A program made the position numbers and the translations under genes. The notes under the pieces are model-generated. The model searched no databases and had not been told where the DNA came from. It was given only the letters and a program-made list of their open reading frames with translations. From an uncultured Rhodobacteraceae bacterium (GTDB lineage Bacteria > Pseudomonadota > Alphaproteobacteria > Rhodobacterales > Rhodobacteraceae): DNA of 64,000 bases. Shown piece after piece: positions 20,720 through 31,216 of this stretch (the first letter of the stretch is position 1; the number at the start of each line of letters is the position of its first letter). The DNA lies in contig CALKJA010000011.1 in NCBI GenBank assembly GCA_937995865.1, positions 4,635 to 68,634 on the forward strand, written 5' to 3'.

Positions 20720-20840
20720 GGTGTCCTCCCAGACGTTATTTTGAGACGCAATGTGACCATCCGGTTAGAGCCGGAATCCTCCCGCCACACGAGTCAGCGC
20801 CATCATTGCGCCGAGGATTGAACCTGTAAAGAAAAATTTT

Positions 20841-20854
20841 GGAATAAAAATTCC
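20841..20854. promoter_or_regulatory. IolR operator GGAA-N6-TTCC
   Basis: GGAATAAAAATTCC in the divergent SBP/iolD spacer; matches the alphaproteobacterial IolR (RpiR family) consensus. Confidence 0.75.
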
Positions 20855-20928
20855 ACATAGGGGCTATCGCGGAATTTCTGGATCGCTAATGTGCGCTGCA
20901 GCCTGACGAGTCTGTGGGAGAATATGCG

Positions 20929-22791
20929 ATGGCAACGGTTGAGCTGACAATGGCGCAGGCGCTTGTGCGCTGGCTGGTTGCGCAGAAGGTTGAAACGGAA
21001 AGTGGGATCAAACCGCTCTTTCCCGGTGTGTTTGGCATTTTTGGCCACGGCAACGTGACGTGCCTTGCCGAAGCGCTGGAGCGGGTGCAGGACGTGCTGC
21101 CCACCTATCGGGGCCAAAACGAGCAGGGCATGGCGCTTGCGGGTGTTGCCTATGCCAAGGCCAAACGCGCTCAGCAGATCATGGTCGCGACGTCATCGGT
21201 TGGACCGGGGGCGACCAATATGGTGACTGCCGCAGCCGTGGCGATGGCCAACCGTCTACCGCTTTTGATTCTGTCGGGCGACACATTCCAAAATCGCCGA
21301 CCGGACCCTGTCTTGCAGCAAGTTGAGAATTTTGACGATCCAACCGTTACCGTGAATGACTGCTTTAAGCCGGTGACCCGCTATTGGGATCGGATCAGCC
21401 ACGCAGAGCAGCTTTTGAAAACCTTGCCTGCAGCTGTGGCAACGATGCTGGACCCATCGTCACGGGGGCCTGCGTTTCTGGGCTTGCCACAAGATATTCA
21501 GGCCACCGCTTGCGGCTATCCGGAAAGCTTCTTTGCAGAGCATATCTGGAGGATTCCGCGCCGCCGGGCTGATGAGGCATCGCTGCGAGATGCGGCCGAT
21601 CTGATAAAATCCGCCAAGAAACCGCTCATTATCGCCGGGGGCGGGGTGCTTTATTCCCGCGCGGAGGGCGTGTTGAATGATTTTGCGGCCACGCACGGCA
21701 TTCCGGTTGCTGAAACAACGGCTGGCAAAACCTCGGTGCTGGACAGCCATGCGCATGGTTTAGGGCTGACAGGGCCAACTGGCACAACAGCGGCCAATGC
21801 GCTGGCATCGGATGCGGATGTGGTGATTTGTGTCGGAACACGGCTTCAGGATTTCACAACCGGGTCATGGTCATGTTTCCAAGACCCCGATGTCCGGCTG
21901 ATTTCGATCAATGCGGCCGCTTATGACGCGGCCAAACATCGGGCGATGTCGGTGGTGGGCGATGCAAAAGTCACGCTCCAAGAGCTGGGCGGGCTTCTCT
22001 CGGATTGGTCAGCGCCACCCGCGCGAATGGCTCAAGCACAGTCTGAAATGGACGAATGGCGCGACTATCTGGCTGGGCGCCGCGCGATCACCAATGAAGT
22101 GCCGCGCTATTCCGAAGTGGTGGGTGCAATTAACGCACTGTCCACAGAACATGACCGCGCTTTGACGGCGGCGGGTGGCCTGCCCGGTGAGATGAACAAA
22201 GGATGGCTGGCCAAATCCCACGGCTCATATGATTGCGATTACGCCTTTTCGACAATGGGGTATGAGACATCCGGCGGTTGGGGTGCGGCAGTGGCTATGG
22301 CCGAAGAAGACAAGGGCGATCTGATCGTTTTTGTGGGCGATGGCAGCTATATGATGATGAATTCAGACATCTATTCTTCTGTCCTGTCGGGGCACAAGAT
22401 GATCGTGATCGTCTGTGACAACGGTGGATATGCCGTCATCAACCGCCTGCAAAACTACAAAGGCGGCAAGAGCTTTAACAACCTGATCAAGGATTGCAGG
22501 CTGGGCGACGGCGTTGAGCCGTTTATGCCGAACTTTGCCCAACATGCCGCCGCTATGGGCGCGATCACCTATGATGTGGATACCATCGACGCGCTCAAAG
22601 ATGCGTTTACCAAAGCGCGGGATGCGGACCGAACGGTTGTGATCTCCACACGGGTACAGAGCCATGATTGGACCGGCGGCGATAGCTGGTGGGATGTGGG
22701 TGTGCCCGAAGTCTCGCCCCGCAAAGAGGTCCAAGAGGCCAAGAAAGACCACGAGGCGAACCGCGCCGCACAGCAAAGGATTGATATCTGA
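20929..22791 (+). CDS. iolD: 3D-(3,5/4)-trihydroxycyclohexane-1,2-dione acylhydrolase
   Basis: LTMAQAL, FGIFGHGNV, GQNEQGMA, PDPVLQQ, AAGGLPG, FSTMGYE, VGDGSYMM, WWDVGVPEVS. Confidence 0.95.
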   Translation: MATVELTMAQALVRWLVAQKVETESGIKPLFPGVFGIFGHGNVTCLAEALERVQDVLPTYRGQNEQGMALAGVAYAKAKRAQQIMVATSSVGPGATNMVTAAAVAMANRLPLLILSGDTFQNRRPDPVLQQVENFDDPTVTVNDCFKPVTRYWDRISHAEQLLKTLPAAVATMLDPSSRGPAFLGLPQDIQATACGYPESFFAEHIWRIPRRRADEASLRDAADLIKSAKKPLIIAGGGVLYSRAEGVLNDFAATHGIPVAETTAGKTSVLDSHAHGLGLTGPTGTTAANALASDADVVICVGTRLQDFTTGSWSCFQDPDVRLISINAAAYDAAKHRAMSVVGDAKVTLQELGGLLSDWSAPPARMAQAQSEMDEWRDYLAGRRAITNEVPRYSEVVGAINALSTEHDRALTAAGGLPGEMNKGWLAKSHGSYDCDYAFSTMGYETSGGWGAAVAMAEEDKGDLIVFVGDGSYMMMNSDIYSSVLSGHKMIVIVCDNGGYAVINRLQNYKGGKSFNNLIKDCRLGDGVEPFMPNFAQHAAAMGAITYDVDTIDALKDAFTKARDADRTVVISTRVQSHDWTGGDSWWDVGVPEVSPRKEVQEAKKDHEANRAAQQRIDI

Positions 22792-23687
22792 TGGTCCATA
22801 TCGGCATTTCCCCAATCTGCTGGCAGAATGATGATCTTCCAGATATTACAGCCGCTTATACGATGGAGCAGGCGCTAAGAGAGGCGCGCGAAATTGGCTA
22901 TATAGGTGTCGAGCGCGGACAGCGTATGCCGCAAGATACCCAAGGTCTGCGCAGGTATCTTGAGACCTATGATATCGGTCTATGCGGCGGCTGGTGCTCT
23001 GGCAACCTGTTGGTAAATGATGTTGAGACCGAAAAAGCCGCCGTGCGCCAACAGGTTGAACAGTTCATTGCATTGGGTGCGCCCTGTATCGTCTATGCGG
23101 AATGCTCCAACACGGTGCAGGGCATGCAAGATACGCCCGTCACGGCCCGCGTGAAGCTGACCGAAGCAGAGGTTCGCGGCTATGCAGCCAAGCTCACGGA
23201 ACTTGCAGAATGGATGCAAGGCCTTGGTATGCCAATGGCGTATCATCCGCATATGGGCACGATCATCGAGGATGAAGATGATCTGAACTGGCTTATGGAC
23301 GGGTCAGGTGAGGCTGTAGGTCTATGCTTTGATGCGGGCCATCTGGCATTTGCAGGTGGGGATGTAGATCGGGCGCTGGACCGCTGGATAAACCGGGTCC
23401 GCCACGTGCACTTTAAGGATATTCGCCCCGCGATCACTCAAGAGATCCTGAGTGAAAACAAGAGCTTCCTTGATGGTGTGCTTGCGGGTGCATTCACAGT
23501 GCCGGGCGACGGCGCGATTGATTTTGGCCGGGTGGCGCAACGCCTGAAAGCGGCCGATTACACTGGGTGGATCGTGGTAGAGGCCGAACAAGACCCCGCC
23601 AAAGCCCCACCTTATGAGTATTCCAAAATGGGGTACGACCATATTTTGAAAGTGTGCGCCGACGCCGGCCTGGAGATTGCAAAATGA
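22791..23687 (+). CDS. iolE: Myo-inosose-2 dehydratase
   Basis: GISPICWQNDD, YHPHMGT, FDAGH, HVHFKD, FTVPGDG, WIVVEAEQDP. Confidence 0.95.
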   Translation: MVHIGISPICWQNDDLPDITAAYTMEQALREAREIGYIGVERGQRMPQDTQGLRRYLETYDIGLCGGWCSGNLLVNDVETEKAAVRQQVEQFIALGAPCIVYAECSNTVQGMQDTPVTARVKLTEAEVRGYAAKLTELAEWMQGLGMPMAYHPHMGTIIEDEDDLNWLMDGSGEAVGLCFDAGHLAFAGGDVDRALDRWINRVRHVHFKDIRPAITQEILSENKSFLDGVLAGAFTVPGDGAIDFGRVAQRLKAADYTGWIVVEAEQDPAKAPPYEYSKMGYDHILKVCADAGLEIAK

Positions 23688-24868
23688 AACGAGATATCAC
23701 AATCGCGGGGCAACCCGAGAACAAGACCGGCGTGCAAAAATTGCGCGTTGGAGTGCTGGGTATGGGGTTTATGGGGGGCACCCATACATTTGCGTGGAAG
23801 AACGGGAAATCGGTGTTCAACTGGCCCATCGAGGTTGAGTTGACTGCGCTTTTTGACATGTCCGAAGACAGCCGGACGCTTAACGGACAACGGTTTGGGT
23901 TCAAGCGGACGACCGATGATTGGCGCTCTGTTTGCGAAGCGGATGACATTGATGTTGTGTCCATCTGCACGCCCAACTTTGCGCATCGCGAGATGGCTGA
24001 GGTCGCGCTCGCGCATGGCAAACATGTATGGTGTGAAAAGCCGATGGCGACATCGCTAGAGGATGCAGCCCATATGGTCAACGCTGCCGCAAAGGCAGGC
24101 ACCAAGACAATGCTTGGGTATAACTACCTGAAATCACCGGCACTTTTGGCGATTAAGGACCTGATTGAGGCAGGCACCATTGGTGAAATTGTGCATTTCA
24201 ACGGTGTCTATCAAGAGGATTTCATGTGCGACAGCGGCGCACCGCATTCTTGGCGGCTGACCAAAAAAGGCGGCGGCAAGGGCGCATTGGGCGATATGGG
24301 CTCGCATCAGGTCTCGATGGCGATGTGGCTTTGCGGTGGTCTTAAAGAGGTCGTCGCGCGGCTTCAGACAGTTCACAAACACCGCCCCGACGCGGCAACT
24401 GGTGAGATGCTTAAGGTTGAAACCGATGATCAGTACTCCGCCATTGGCACATTCGAAAATGGTGCAATGTTCACGATGCACACCAGCTGGCTGGGGCAGG
24501 GGCACAAGATGAACCTTGGCTTTGAGGTCACAGGCACCAAAGGCGCGATCAAGTTTGACCAAGAGCGCATGGGCGAATTCTGGCTTTATGAGATGGGCGA
24601 TCGCGGCGGCACCTTCTCGGACACCGCAACAAATGGCTATAAACAAGTGTTGATTGGCCCCAACCATCCGCCATTCGGTAATTTCTGTCCCGCACCGGGG
24701 CACCACATCGGATTCAATGAGATGAAGATCATCGAAGCAGGCGCCTTTGTTAAGGCGATCCTTGAGGGGGGCAAAGCATTCCCCGATTTCGAAGATGGCT
24801 TGTGGTTTGAGACTGCGCTACAGGCCATCCAAGACAGTAGCGAAAGCAGGGCATGGGTGACTTTGTAA
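23684..24868 (+). CDS. Gfo/Idh/MocA oxidoreductase (inositol-isomer dehydrogenase)
   Basis: GMGFMG, CTPNFAH, HVWCEKP, GALGDMGSH, PAPGHHIGFNE; ATG overlaps the iolE stop. Confidence 0.88.
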   Translation: MKRDITIAGQPENKTGVQKLRVGVLGMGFMGGTHTFAWKNGKSVFNWPIEVELTALFDMSEDSRTLNGQRFGFKRTTDDWRSVCEADDIDVVSICTPNFAHREMAEVALAHGKHVWCEKPMATSLEDAAHMVNAAAKAGTKTMLGYNYLKSPALLAIKDLIEAGTIGEIVHFNGVYQEDFMCDSGAPHSWRLTKKGGGKGALGDMGSHQVSMAMWLCGGLKEVVARLQTVHKHRPDAATGEMLKVETDDQYSAIGTFENGAMFTMHTSWLGQGHKMNLGFEVTGTKGAIKFDQERMGEFWLYEMGDRGGTFSDTATNGYKQVLIGPNHPPFGNFCPAPGHHIGFNEMKIIEAGAFVKAILEGGKAFPDFEDGLWFETALQAIQDSSESRAWVTL

Positions 24869-25650
24869 CCGATACCAATTTTGATGCGTTTATCGCGCAG
24901 GTGGTGGCAGGGCATGAAGATCTGCCACCACAGCTCCAGAAGATCGCGCAATTTGTGCTGGATAACCCGCAGCGCGTCGCGTTGATGACCATTGCTGATC
25001 TCAGCGAAGAGATCGGCGTGCCGCCCTCGGGCGTGATCCGGTTCTCCAAGGCTTTGGGCTATTCTGGCTTCTCAGAGATCCAGAAAATCTTGAAGAACCA
25101 GCTCGGGGATTTGATCCCATCGAGCTACTATGCCCGGCTTGAAAACGGGAGCGGCGACAGCCAGATGGGCCGCTGCCTCGCGCTTGCTGAGACATCTATG
25201 ACCAGCCTGCCGGACGTTGATGCGATCCGCGCCGCAGCGATCACGCTAAGCGAAGCGCGGTTGATCCATGTTGTGGGCATGCGGCGCGCCTTTGGCGTGG
25301 CGTCCTATCTTACGTATCTTTTGTCTGGTTTCGAAGCTCCGGTGATCCAACACACCGCGCTGGGCGATATGAAAGACGCTGAGATGCTGACCTTGTCCAA
25401 AAAGGACGTGTTGGTTGCAGTGTCATTCCCTTCATACCGGCCTGAGACGCGCAGCGTTGTTTCGGCGGCGCGATCCCGTGGCACGCGGGTCATAGCGATC
25501 ACCGATAGTCAGCTTTCGCCAATTGCGCGCGGGGCCGCGCATACGCTGCTTTGTGATCAGGCAACGGATGCGGGCTTTCGCTCTGTCGTGGGATCGATGA
25601 TCACAGGGCAGGCATTGGCGCTGGAATATGGTGAGATCAAGCGGGCCTAA
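24853..25650 (+). CDS. iolR: MurR/RpiR family regulator (IolR-like)
   Basis: HTH GVPPSGVIRFSKALGYSGFSE plus SIS domain VIAITDSQLSP; inside the iol cluster. Confidence 0.8.
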   Translation: MGDFVTDTNFDAFIAQVVAGHEDLPPQLQKIAQFVLDNPQRVALMTIADLSEEIGVPPSGVIRFSKALGYSGFSEIQKILKNQLGDLIPSSYYARLENGSGDSQMGRCLALAETSMTSLPDVDAIRAAAITLSEARLIHVVGMRRAFGVASYLTYLLSGFEAPVIQHTALGDMKDAEMLTLSKKDVLVAVSFPSYRPETRSVVSAARSRGTRVIAITDSQLSPIARGAAHTLLCDQATDAGFRSVVGSMITGQALALEYGEIKRA

Positions 25651-26606
25651 GCCTGTTGCGCGGCACGGTCCGCCAGCCGGAGCGACTCGAGACCGTCTTC
25701 GATGCTTGGAAGATCTGTTTCGCCGTCCAAGGCAAGCCGCACAAAGGCATCCCATTCTGCGCGATAGGCGGCCTCATACCGTTCCAGAAAGAAGTGCATT
25801 GGCTTCTCAAGCCGGATTCCATCTTGTGTTGAAAGGTGCACGCTGCTTTCGCGGATGTTTTCAATAGAGATCATGCCCTTGGAGCCGTGAACTTCCACCC
25901 GCTGGTCATAGCCATAGCTGGCGCGCCGTGAGTTGGAGATCGAAACAAGCACACCACTGGTTGAGCGCATGGTGACCATAGCTGTATCCACATCGCCAGC
26001 TGCCCCAATTTCGGGGTCCACATGCACAGCACCTTGGGCCGAAAGTTCGGGGAATTCTTCGTCCACGATCCAACGGGCGATATCAAGATCGTGGATCATC
26101 ATATCGCGAAACAGCCCGCCCGAGACTTTGATATACTCAATCGGGGGTGGGCCGGGATCGCGGGACAGAATCGTCACCATTTCAATCTTGCCAATCTTGC
26201 CCGCGTCGATCTGAGCCTTGAGGGCCGCAAAATTTGGATCAAACCGCCGATTAAAGCCCAGCATCATCGGCACTGGATGCGCCTTGAGGTGGTCCGCCAC
26301 AGCCTCAACCCGCGCGACATCTAAATCGACGGGTTTCTCACAAAAAATCGCTTTGCCTGCGCTTGCAGCTTTTTCAATCTGATCCGCGTGGCGGTTTGTA
26401 GAGCTTGCGATCAGCACGGCATCAATTGAAGGGTCGGCAAAAGCCGCGGCTTCTGACATCACAACCGCGTCGTGCTTGTCCGCTAATGCATGGGCAGACG
26501 GATCATGCGGATCGACGACAGCTGCTAAGGTTGTGCGCGGATGCGCTGTGATATTTGGGGCGTGCACCTGACCAATCCGTCCGGCTCCCAGTAAAGCGAT
26601 GCGCAT
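25647..26606 (-). CDS. iolG: Inositol 2-dehydrogenase
   Basis: MRIALLGAGRIG, IFCEKP, GFNRRFDP, SRDP, SGGLFRDMMIHD, YGYDQRVEVHG, FFLERY. Confidence 0.93.
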   Translation of the reverse strand: MRIALLGAGRIGQVHAPNITAHPRTTLAAVVDPHDPSAHALADKHDAVVMSEAAAFADPSIDAVLIASSTNRHADQIEKAASAGKAIFCEKPVDLDVARVEAVADHLKAHPVPMMLGFNRRFDPNFAALKAQIDAGKIGKIEMVTILSRDPGPPPIEYIKVSGGLFRDMMIHDLDIARWIVDEEFPELSAQGAVHVDPEIGAAGDVDTAMVTMRSTSGVLVSISNSRRASYGYDQRVEVHGSKGMISIENIRESSVHLSTQDGIRLEKPMHFFLERYEAAYRAEWDAFVRLALDGETDLPSIEDGLESLRLADRAAQQA

Positions 26607-26632
26607 TTTCTGTCCTTCGTCGTTGCGTGTTT

Positions 26633-26676
26633 GGAATGTATATTCTACCGTGGCGAAATAACGAAAGTAAAATTCC
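26633..26676. promoter_or_regulatory. Two IolR-like operators (GGAATGTATATTCT; GAAAGTAAAATTCC)
   Basis: At 26633-26646 and 26663-26676 in the divergent iolG/iolC spacer, each one mismatch from GGAA-N6-TTCC. Confidence 0.6.
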
Positions 26677-26692
26677 GCCGGTTCGGGACGCA

Positions 26693-28585
26693 ATGACAAA
26701 AGACTTTGATATCATCACAATCGGCCGGGCCGGTGTGGACCTGTATGGCGACCAAACGGGCACGCGTTTGGAGGATATGGGGTCTTTTTCCAAGTATATT
26801 GGCGGCTCACCAACCAACACCGCGATTGGGGCGGCCCGGTTGGGCACACGGGCGGCGCTGATTTCGCGGGTGGGTGATGATGCGATGGGCCGTTTCATCC
26901 GCGAGGAACTGGATCGCGAAGGCGTTGATGTTAGTGCGCTGCACACAGATGCAGAGGCGCTGACCGCGCTTGTGTTGCTTGGGATTCGCGACAAAACACA
27001 ATTCCCGCTGATCTTTTACCGGGAAAACTGCGCAGATATGCGGATTTCCGAAGCCGACATAGAGGAGGCGATGATTGCGCGCACCCGCGCCGTTGTTACG
27101 TCTGGCACACATTTCTCGACGCCCACTACCAAAGCCGCAAGCCTGCGGGCCCTCGCCTTGGCGGCCAAACACGGGGCACAGCGCTGGATTGATCTTGATT
27201 ACCGCCCGGTTCTTTGGGGGCTGGCAGGCAAAGGCGACGGTGAGACACGCTTTATTGCCGATGAAAGTGTGACCGCACATTTGCAGGAAATCATGCCGCA
27301 TCTTGATGTGGTTGTGGGCACGGAAGAGGAAATTCATATCGCGGGTGGGTCAACCGATACCATTACCTGCCTGAAGACGCTGCGCAAAGTGACTGACGCG
27401 GTGTTTGTGGTGAAGCTTGGCCCCATGGGCTGCGCCGTATTTGAGGGCGTAATTCCCGACCAGATTGAAGACGGGCTTGTTGTAGAAGGCTTTCCCGTTG
27501 AGGTGTTCAACGTGCTGGGCGCGGGCGATGCGTTTATGGGCGGCTTGCTCACGGGCGCATTGGACGGGCGCGGATGGGCTGAGGCCTGCCGCTTTGCGAA
27601 TGCTTGCGGGGCCTTTGCGGTATCACGTCACGCATGTGCGCCATCCTATCCAAGCCGCGAGGAGCTGGAGCATTTTCTGGCCAATGGCTCTGCGCATTTC
27701 CGGCTGCGCGAAGATGCGGCACTTGAGCAGCTGCACCGCAACTCCACGCGCCACGGTGAGTGGCCTGAGGTGCTGGCGTTTGCCTTTGACCACCGATCGC
27801 AGCTTGAGGTGTTTTCGGATGATCCTGCACGTATTTCTGCGTTCAAGGAGCTCTGCGTGGAGGCGATGTTAGCCGTCGCCCAAAGGCACGCAGGCCGAGG
27901 GCTTGGCCTGCTATGCGATCATCGTTTCGGGCAGGATGCGCTGGACCGGGCCGAGGGGCAGGGGCTTTGGATTGCGGCTCCGATCGAATTTCCGGGCTCG
28001 CGTCCTTTGCGCTTTGAAGGCGGTCCCAGCCTTGCCACAACTCTGCGCAGTTGGCCGCGCACGCAGGCCGTAAAGTGTTTGTGTTTCATGCACCCCGACG
28101 ATCCTGCGGAGCTGTGGGAGGATCAGCGCGCAAAGTTGATCGAGCTCAACGCCGCGACCCGGGCGAATGGCTTGGAATTGCTGGTGGAAATCATCCCACC
28201 GGCGGATAGCGAAGCCGGGCCGGATACAATTACCCGCGCGATGCGCATGATTTATGGGCTTGGGATAACCCCGGATTGGTGGAAGCTGCCAGCACCAGAT
28301 GGTGCCGATTGGGATGCAGCATGGGCCAGCTGGGCTGAGCTGATTGCAGACCAAGATCCACATTGCCGGGGCGTGCTTTTGCTTGGACTGTCTGCACCGA
28401 TGGCTGAGGTCAAAGACGCGGTAACGCGGGCCGCTGCACAGCCGCTTTGCAAAGGGTTTGCCGTTGGGCGCACGATCTTTGGTAGGGCCGCAACCGCTTG
28501 GTTCGCCGGTGACATGAATGATGATCAGGCCGTGGCCGCGATGGCCGCAAATTATGAAGAGTTGATAGCCGCATGGCCCCGTTGA
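26693..28585 (+). CDS. iolC: 5-dehydro-2-deoxygluconokinase fused to DUF2090 aldolase domain
   Basis: GRAGVDLYG, GGSPTN, PLIFYRENCAD, DYRPVLW, NVLGAGDAF; C-terminal AFDHR, PDWWKL, GFAVGRTIF. Confidence 0.93.
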   Translation: MTKDFDIITIGRAGVDLYGDQTGTRLEDMGSFSKYIGGSPTNTAIGAARLGTRAALISRVGDDAMGRFIREELDREGVDVSALHTDAEALTALVLLGIRDKTQFPLIFYRENCADMRISEADIEEAMIARTRAVVTSGTHFSTPTTKAASLRALALAAKHGAQRWIDLDYRPVLWGLAGKGDGETRFIADESVTAHLQEIMPHLDVVVGTEEEIHIAGGSTDTITCLKTLRKVTDAVFVVKLGPMGCAVFEGVIPDQIEDGLVVEGFPVEVFNVLGAGDAFMGGLLTGALDGRGWAEACRFANACGAFAVSRHACAPSYPSREELEHFLANGSAHFRLREDAALEQLHRNSTRHGEWPEVLAFAFDHRSQLEVFSDDPARISAFKELCVEAMLAVAQRHAGRGLGLLCDHRFGQDALDRAEGQGLWIAAPIEFPGSRPLRFEGGPSLATTLRSWPRTQAVKCLCFMHPDDPAELWEDQRAKLIELNAATRANGLELLVEIIPPADSEAGPDTITRAMRMIYGLGITPDWWKLPAPDGADWDAAWASWAELIADQDPHCRGVLLLGLSAPMAEVKDAVTRAAAQPLCKGFAVGRTIFGRAATAWFAGDMNDDQAVAAMAANYEELIAAWPR

Positions 28586-29544
28586 TCCCGTTGATCCGAG
28601 CGCGCACGGGCGCGCATGACCTTGACGCGATCTTGATTGGGCGCGCGGGCATGGACCTTTATCCGCTGCCTGTGGGCACAAAGACGGCGGATGCTACAAG
28701 CTTCAAATCTGATATGGGTGGCTCTTCGGGCAATATCGCGGCTGCGATGGCGCGGCTGGGGTGTACGGTGGGCCTTGCGGCCCCGGTCAGTGATGATCCC
28801 GTTGGCGCGTTTGTGCGCCGCACTTTGGCGGATTTCGGGATTGAGCATCTGACCCCGCAGCCTGTCACTGGAGAGCCGAGAACGTCATTGGCGTTTGCGG
28901 AATTGATTGCAAACGGGTCTCAGACCGTAATCTATCGCAACAATGCGGCGGATTTTATGCTGGAGGCCGCGCAGCTTTCGCCACAGGTTGCGCGTGCTCC
29001 GCTGGCCCTTGTCACCGGAACTGCGCTAGCTGCGGAGCCAAGCCGCACAGCCAGTTTGGCCGCTTTGGATCTGTCGCCCTGCGGGGTTCTTGATCTCGAC
29101 TACCGTCCATACTCTTGGGCGTCGGACGCTGAGGCGCAAGCGATCTATGCAAAGGCAGCAGAGCATGCCGCGATCATCGTGGGCAATGACGAAGAATTTG
29201 CGATCCTGTCTGGCGGGACAGACCCGCGCAGTTTCGCTGAAAGCATGGGCGCGCAAAAGATAGTGCTGTTCAAAGAAGGGGCCGCCGGATGTACCGCGTT
29301 CTGCCCCGGCCAAGCCCCGCAGTTTCTAGCGGCGTTCTCGGTGGAGGCTATGAAGCCTTTTGGCGCGGGCGACGCGTTTCTTGGCGGAACCTTGGCAGCT
29401 CTGATCCAAGGCGCGGACCTACCCACAGCCATGACGCGCGGCGCAGCAGGTGCTGCACTGGTGGTCACGCGCCCCGGCTGTGCGTCCGCGATGCCAACTG
29501 CGGCTGAAATTGATACTTTCCTGACTGAAAACGAGGCTCCTTGA
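28573..29544 (+). CDS. PfkB kinase, second stand-alone IolC-like protein
   Basis: GRAGMDLYP, MGGSSGN, IYRNNAAD, DLDYRPYSW, KPFGAGDAF. Confidence 0.85.
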   Translation: MAPLIPLIRARTGAHDLDAILIGRAGMDLYPLPVGTKTADATSFKSDMGGSSGNIAAAMARLGCTVGLAAPVSDDPVGAFVRRTLADFGIEHLTPQPVTGEPRTSLAFAELIANGSQTVIYRNNAADFMLEAAQLSPQVARAPLALVTGTALAAEPSRTASLAALDLSPCGVLDLDYRPYSWASDAEAQAIYAKAAEHAAIIVGNDEEFAILSGGTDPRSFAESMGAQKIVLFKEGAAGCTAFCPGQAPQFLAAFSVEAMKPFGAGDAFLGGTLAALIQGADLPTAMTRGAAGAALVVTRPGCASAMPTAAEIDTFLTENEAP

Positions 29545-30383
29545 TGCATATCGCCCCTTTTGACAACGGCAACGCGCCTATCGTGGCCGAGGATGACCCC
29601 AAGACGCCGCTGGTCTATTTCAACCGGGTCATGCTCAAGGCCGGTGAGAGCTTTCGCTCCCAAGTGGAGGGCTATGAGACATGTATCGTTCCGGCAACGG
29701 GCATCGTGGACGTGACCGTGGGCGCATGGTCTGCCAACGGGATCGGCGGGCGTGGAACGGATGTGTGGGATGGCGAGCCATCCGGCGTTTATGTGCCGGT
29801 CTCGGCGCCTGCAGAGATCACGGCATCCACAGACACCGAGGTTTTCATCGCCGGCGCCATATTTGACGAGGTTTACGAGCCTTTTGCCGTGCGCGCCTCA
29901 GATATCGATCCGGTGCAATACGGAAGCGATGACACAAAAACCCACCGCAAGATCAAACACATCCTTGGCCAAAACCCACCGGGCAAGGTTGGGCGGTTGC
30001 TGGTATCAGAACTGTTCACTGTTGGTGCAGGCGGGTGGTCCGGCTTTCCGCCGCACAAACATGACACCGACCGTTTGCCGACCGAAAGCCACCATGACGA
30101 AGTCTATAATTTCCGCTTCAAACCGGATCACGGCTTTGGGATGCAGCTTTTGCAGTATGAAGACGGCAAGGTTGGTGAGGCTGTGCACATTGTGGACGGC
30201 TCCACTATTCAGATCGACAAAGGGTATCATCCCTGCGTCGCCGCGCCGGGCTATGAAATGTACTATTTCACTATCCTCGCGGGGGCCTCACAGCGCAGCC
30301 TTGTGCAGTTCTTTCAACCGACCCACGCCTACCAAGTTGAGACGATCCCGGGGATCAAGGACATGGTGGCGAAGTTTAAGTAA
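29544..30383 (+). CDS. 5-deoxy-glucuronate isomerase family, copy 2 (divergent)
   Basis: GGWSGFPPHKHD, HDEVYNFRF, KGYHPC, YYFTIL; clearly diverged from copy 1. Confidence 0.85.
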   Translation: MHIAPFDNGNAPIVAEDDPKTPLVYFNRVMLKAGESFRSQVEGYETCIVPATGIVDVTVGAWSANGIGGRGTDVWDGEPSGVYVPVSAPAEITASTDTEVFIAGAIFDEVYEPFAVRASDIDPVQYGSDDTKTHRKIKHILGQNPPGKVGRLLVSELFTVGAGGWSGFPPHKHDTDRLPTESHHDEVYNFRFKPDHGFGMQLLQYEDGKVGEAVHIVDGSTIQIDKGYHPCVAAPGYEMYYFTILAGASQRSLVQFFQPTHAYQVETIPGIKDMVAKFK

Positions 30384-31216
30384 TGCCATTGGCCACTCTT
30401 CATCCCGTTCTGGCCGCCGCGGAGGCGCGCCGCGCGACCGCGTTGGGCCTTGTTTGTCTGAGCTGGGAGGATGCTGTGGCCTTTGTCCGTGCGGGCGAAG
30501 CGGCCGGTGCGCCGGTTATCCTTTCGGCTGGGCCGGGTGCACGGCGGCACATGCCGCTTACGATTTGGGGTATGATGTTTCGCGAGTTGGCTGTGAACGC
30601 AACGGTGGATGTTGTCGCGCATCTGGATCACGGGGCAACCCCCGACGAGTGTTTTGCCGCGCTGGACGCGGGTTTCACAAGCGTGATGTTTGATGGCTCT
30701 AAGCTGCCGCTTGATCAAAATATCGCGCAAACTCAAAGCGTCATCGAGCGCGCGCAGGTCTATGGTGCCAGCACTGAGGCGGAAATCGGCTTTGTTGGCT
30801 ATGCGGATGGGGCGCAATCGGCAGGTACAGACCCTGATGATGCAATCGCGTTTCATGCAGAGGCCCGCACCGATTGCCTCGCTGTGTCAGTGGGCAATGT
30901 CCATTTGCATACCGAACAAACTGCGCCTTTGGATTTTGATCTGCTTGGTCAGATTCACAAGATCGGCTGCCCTTTGGTGTTGCACGGAGGGTCAGGCGTG
31001 CCGCTGGCGCATCGGACCCGTGCTGCGCGTGATTTTGGTGTGCGCAAAATCAATCTGGGCACCGAAATCCGCCAGGAATACGGGCGGGCATTGCGGGCGT
31101 CTTTGGCACAGGACGCGGATAGCTTTGACCGTTTGAAAATTCAGGCCCCAGTGACCGACGCAATCCAAATGGTGACCGAGGCCGCGCTGAAGCAGGCTTG
31201 GGAGAAAGCACCATGA
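30383..31216 (+). CDS. Class II fructose-bisphosphate aldolase family (IolJ-like)
   Basis: HLDHG, GFTSVMFDGS, EAEIG, SVGNVH, LHGGSG, KINLGTE. Confidence 0.87.
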   Translation: MPLATLHPVLAAAEARRATALGLVCLSWEDAVAFVRAGEAAGAPVILSAGPGARRHMPLTIWGMMFRELAVNATVDVVAHLDHGATPDECFAALDAGFTSVMFDGSKLPLDQNIAQTQSVIERAQVYGASTEAEIGFVGYADGAQSAGTDPDDAIAFHAEARTDCLAVSVGNVHLHTEQTAPLDFDLLGQIHKIGCPLVLHGGSGVPLAHRTRAARDFGVRKINLGTEIRQEYGRALRASLAQDADSFDRLKIQAPVTDAIQMVTEAALKQAWEKAP

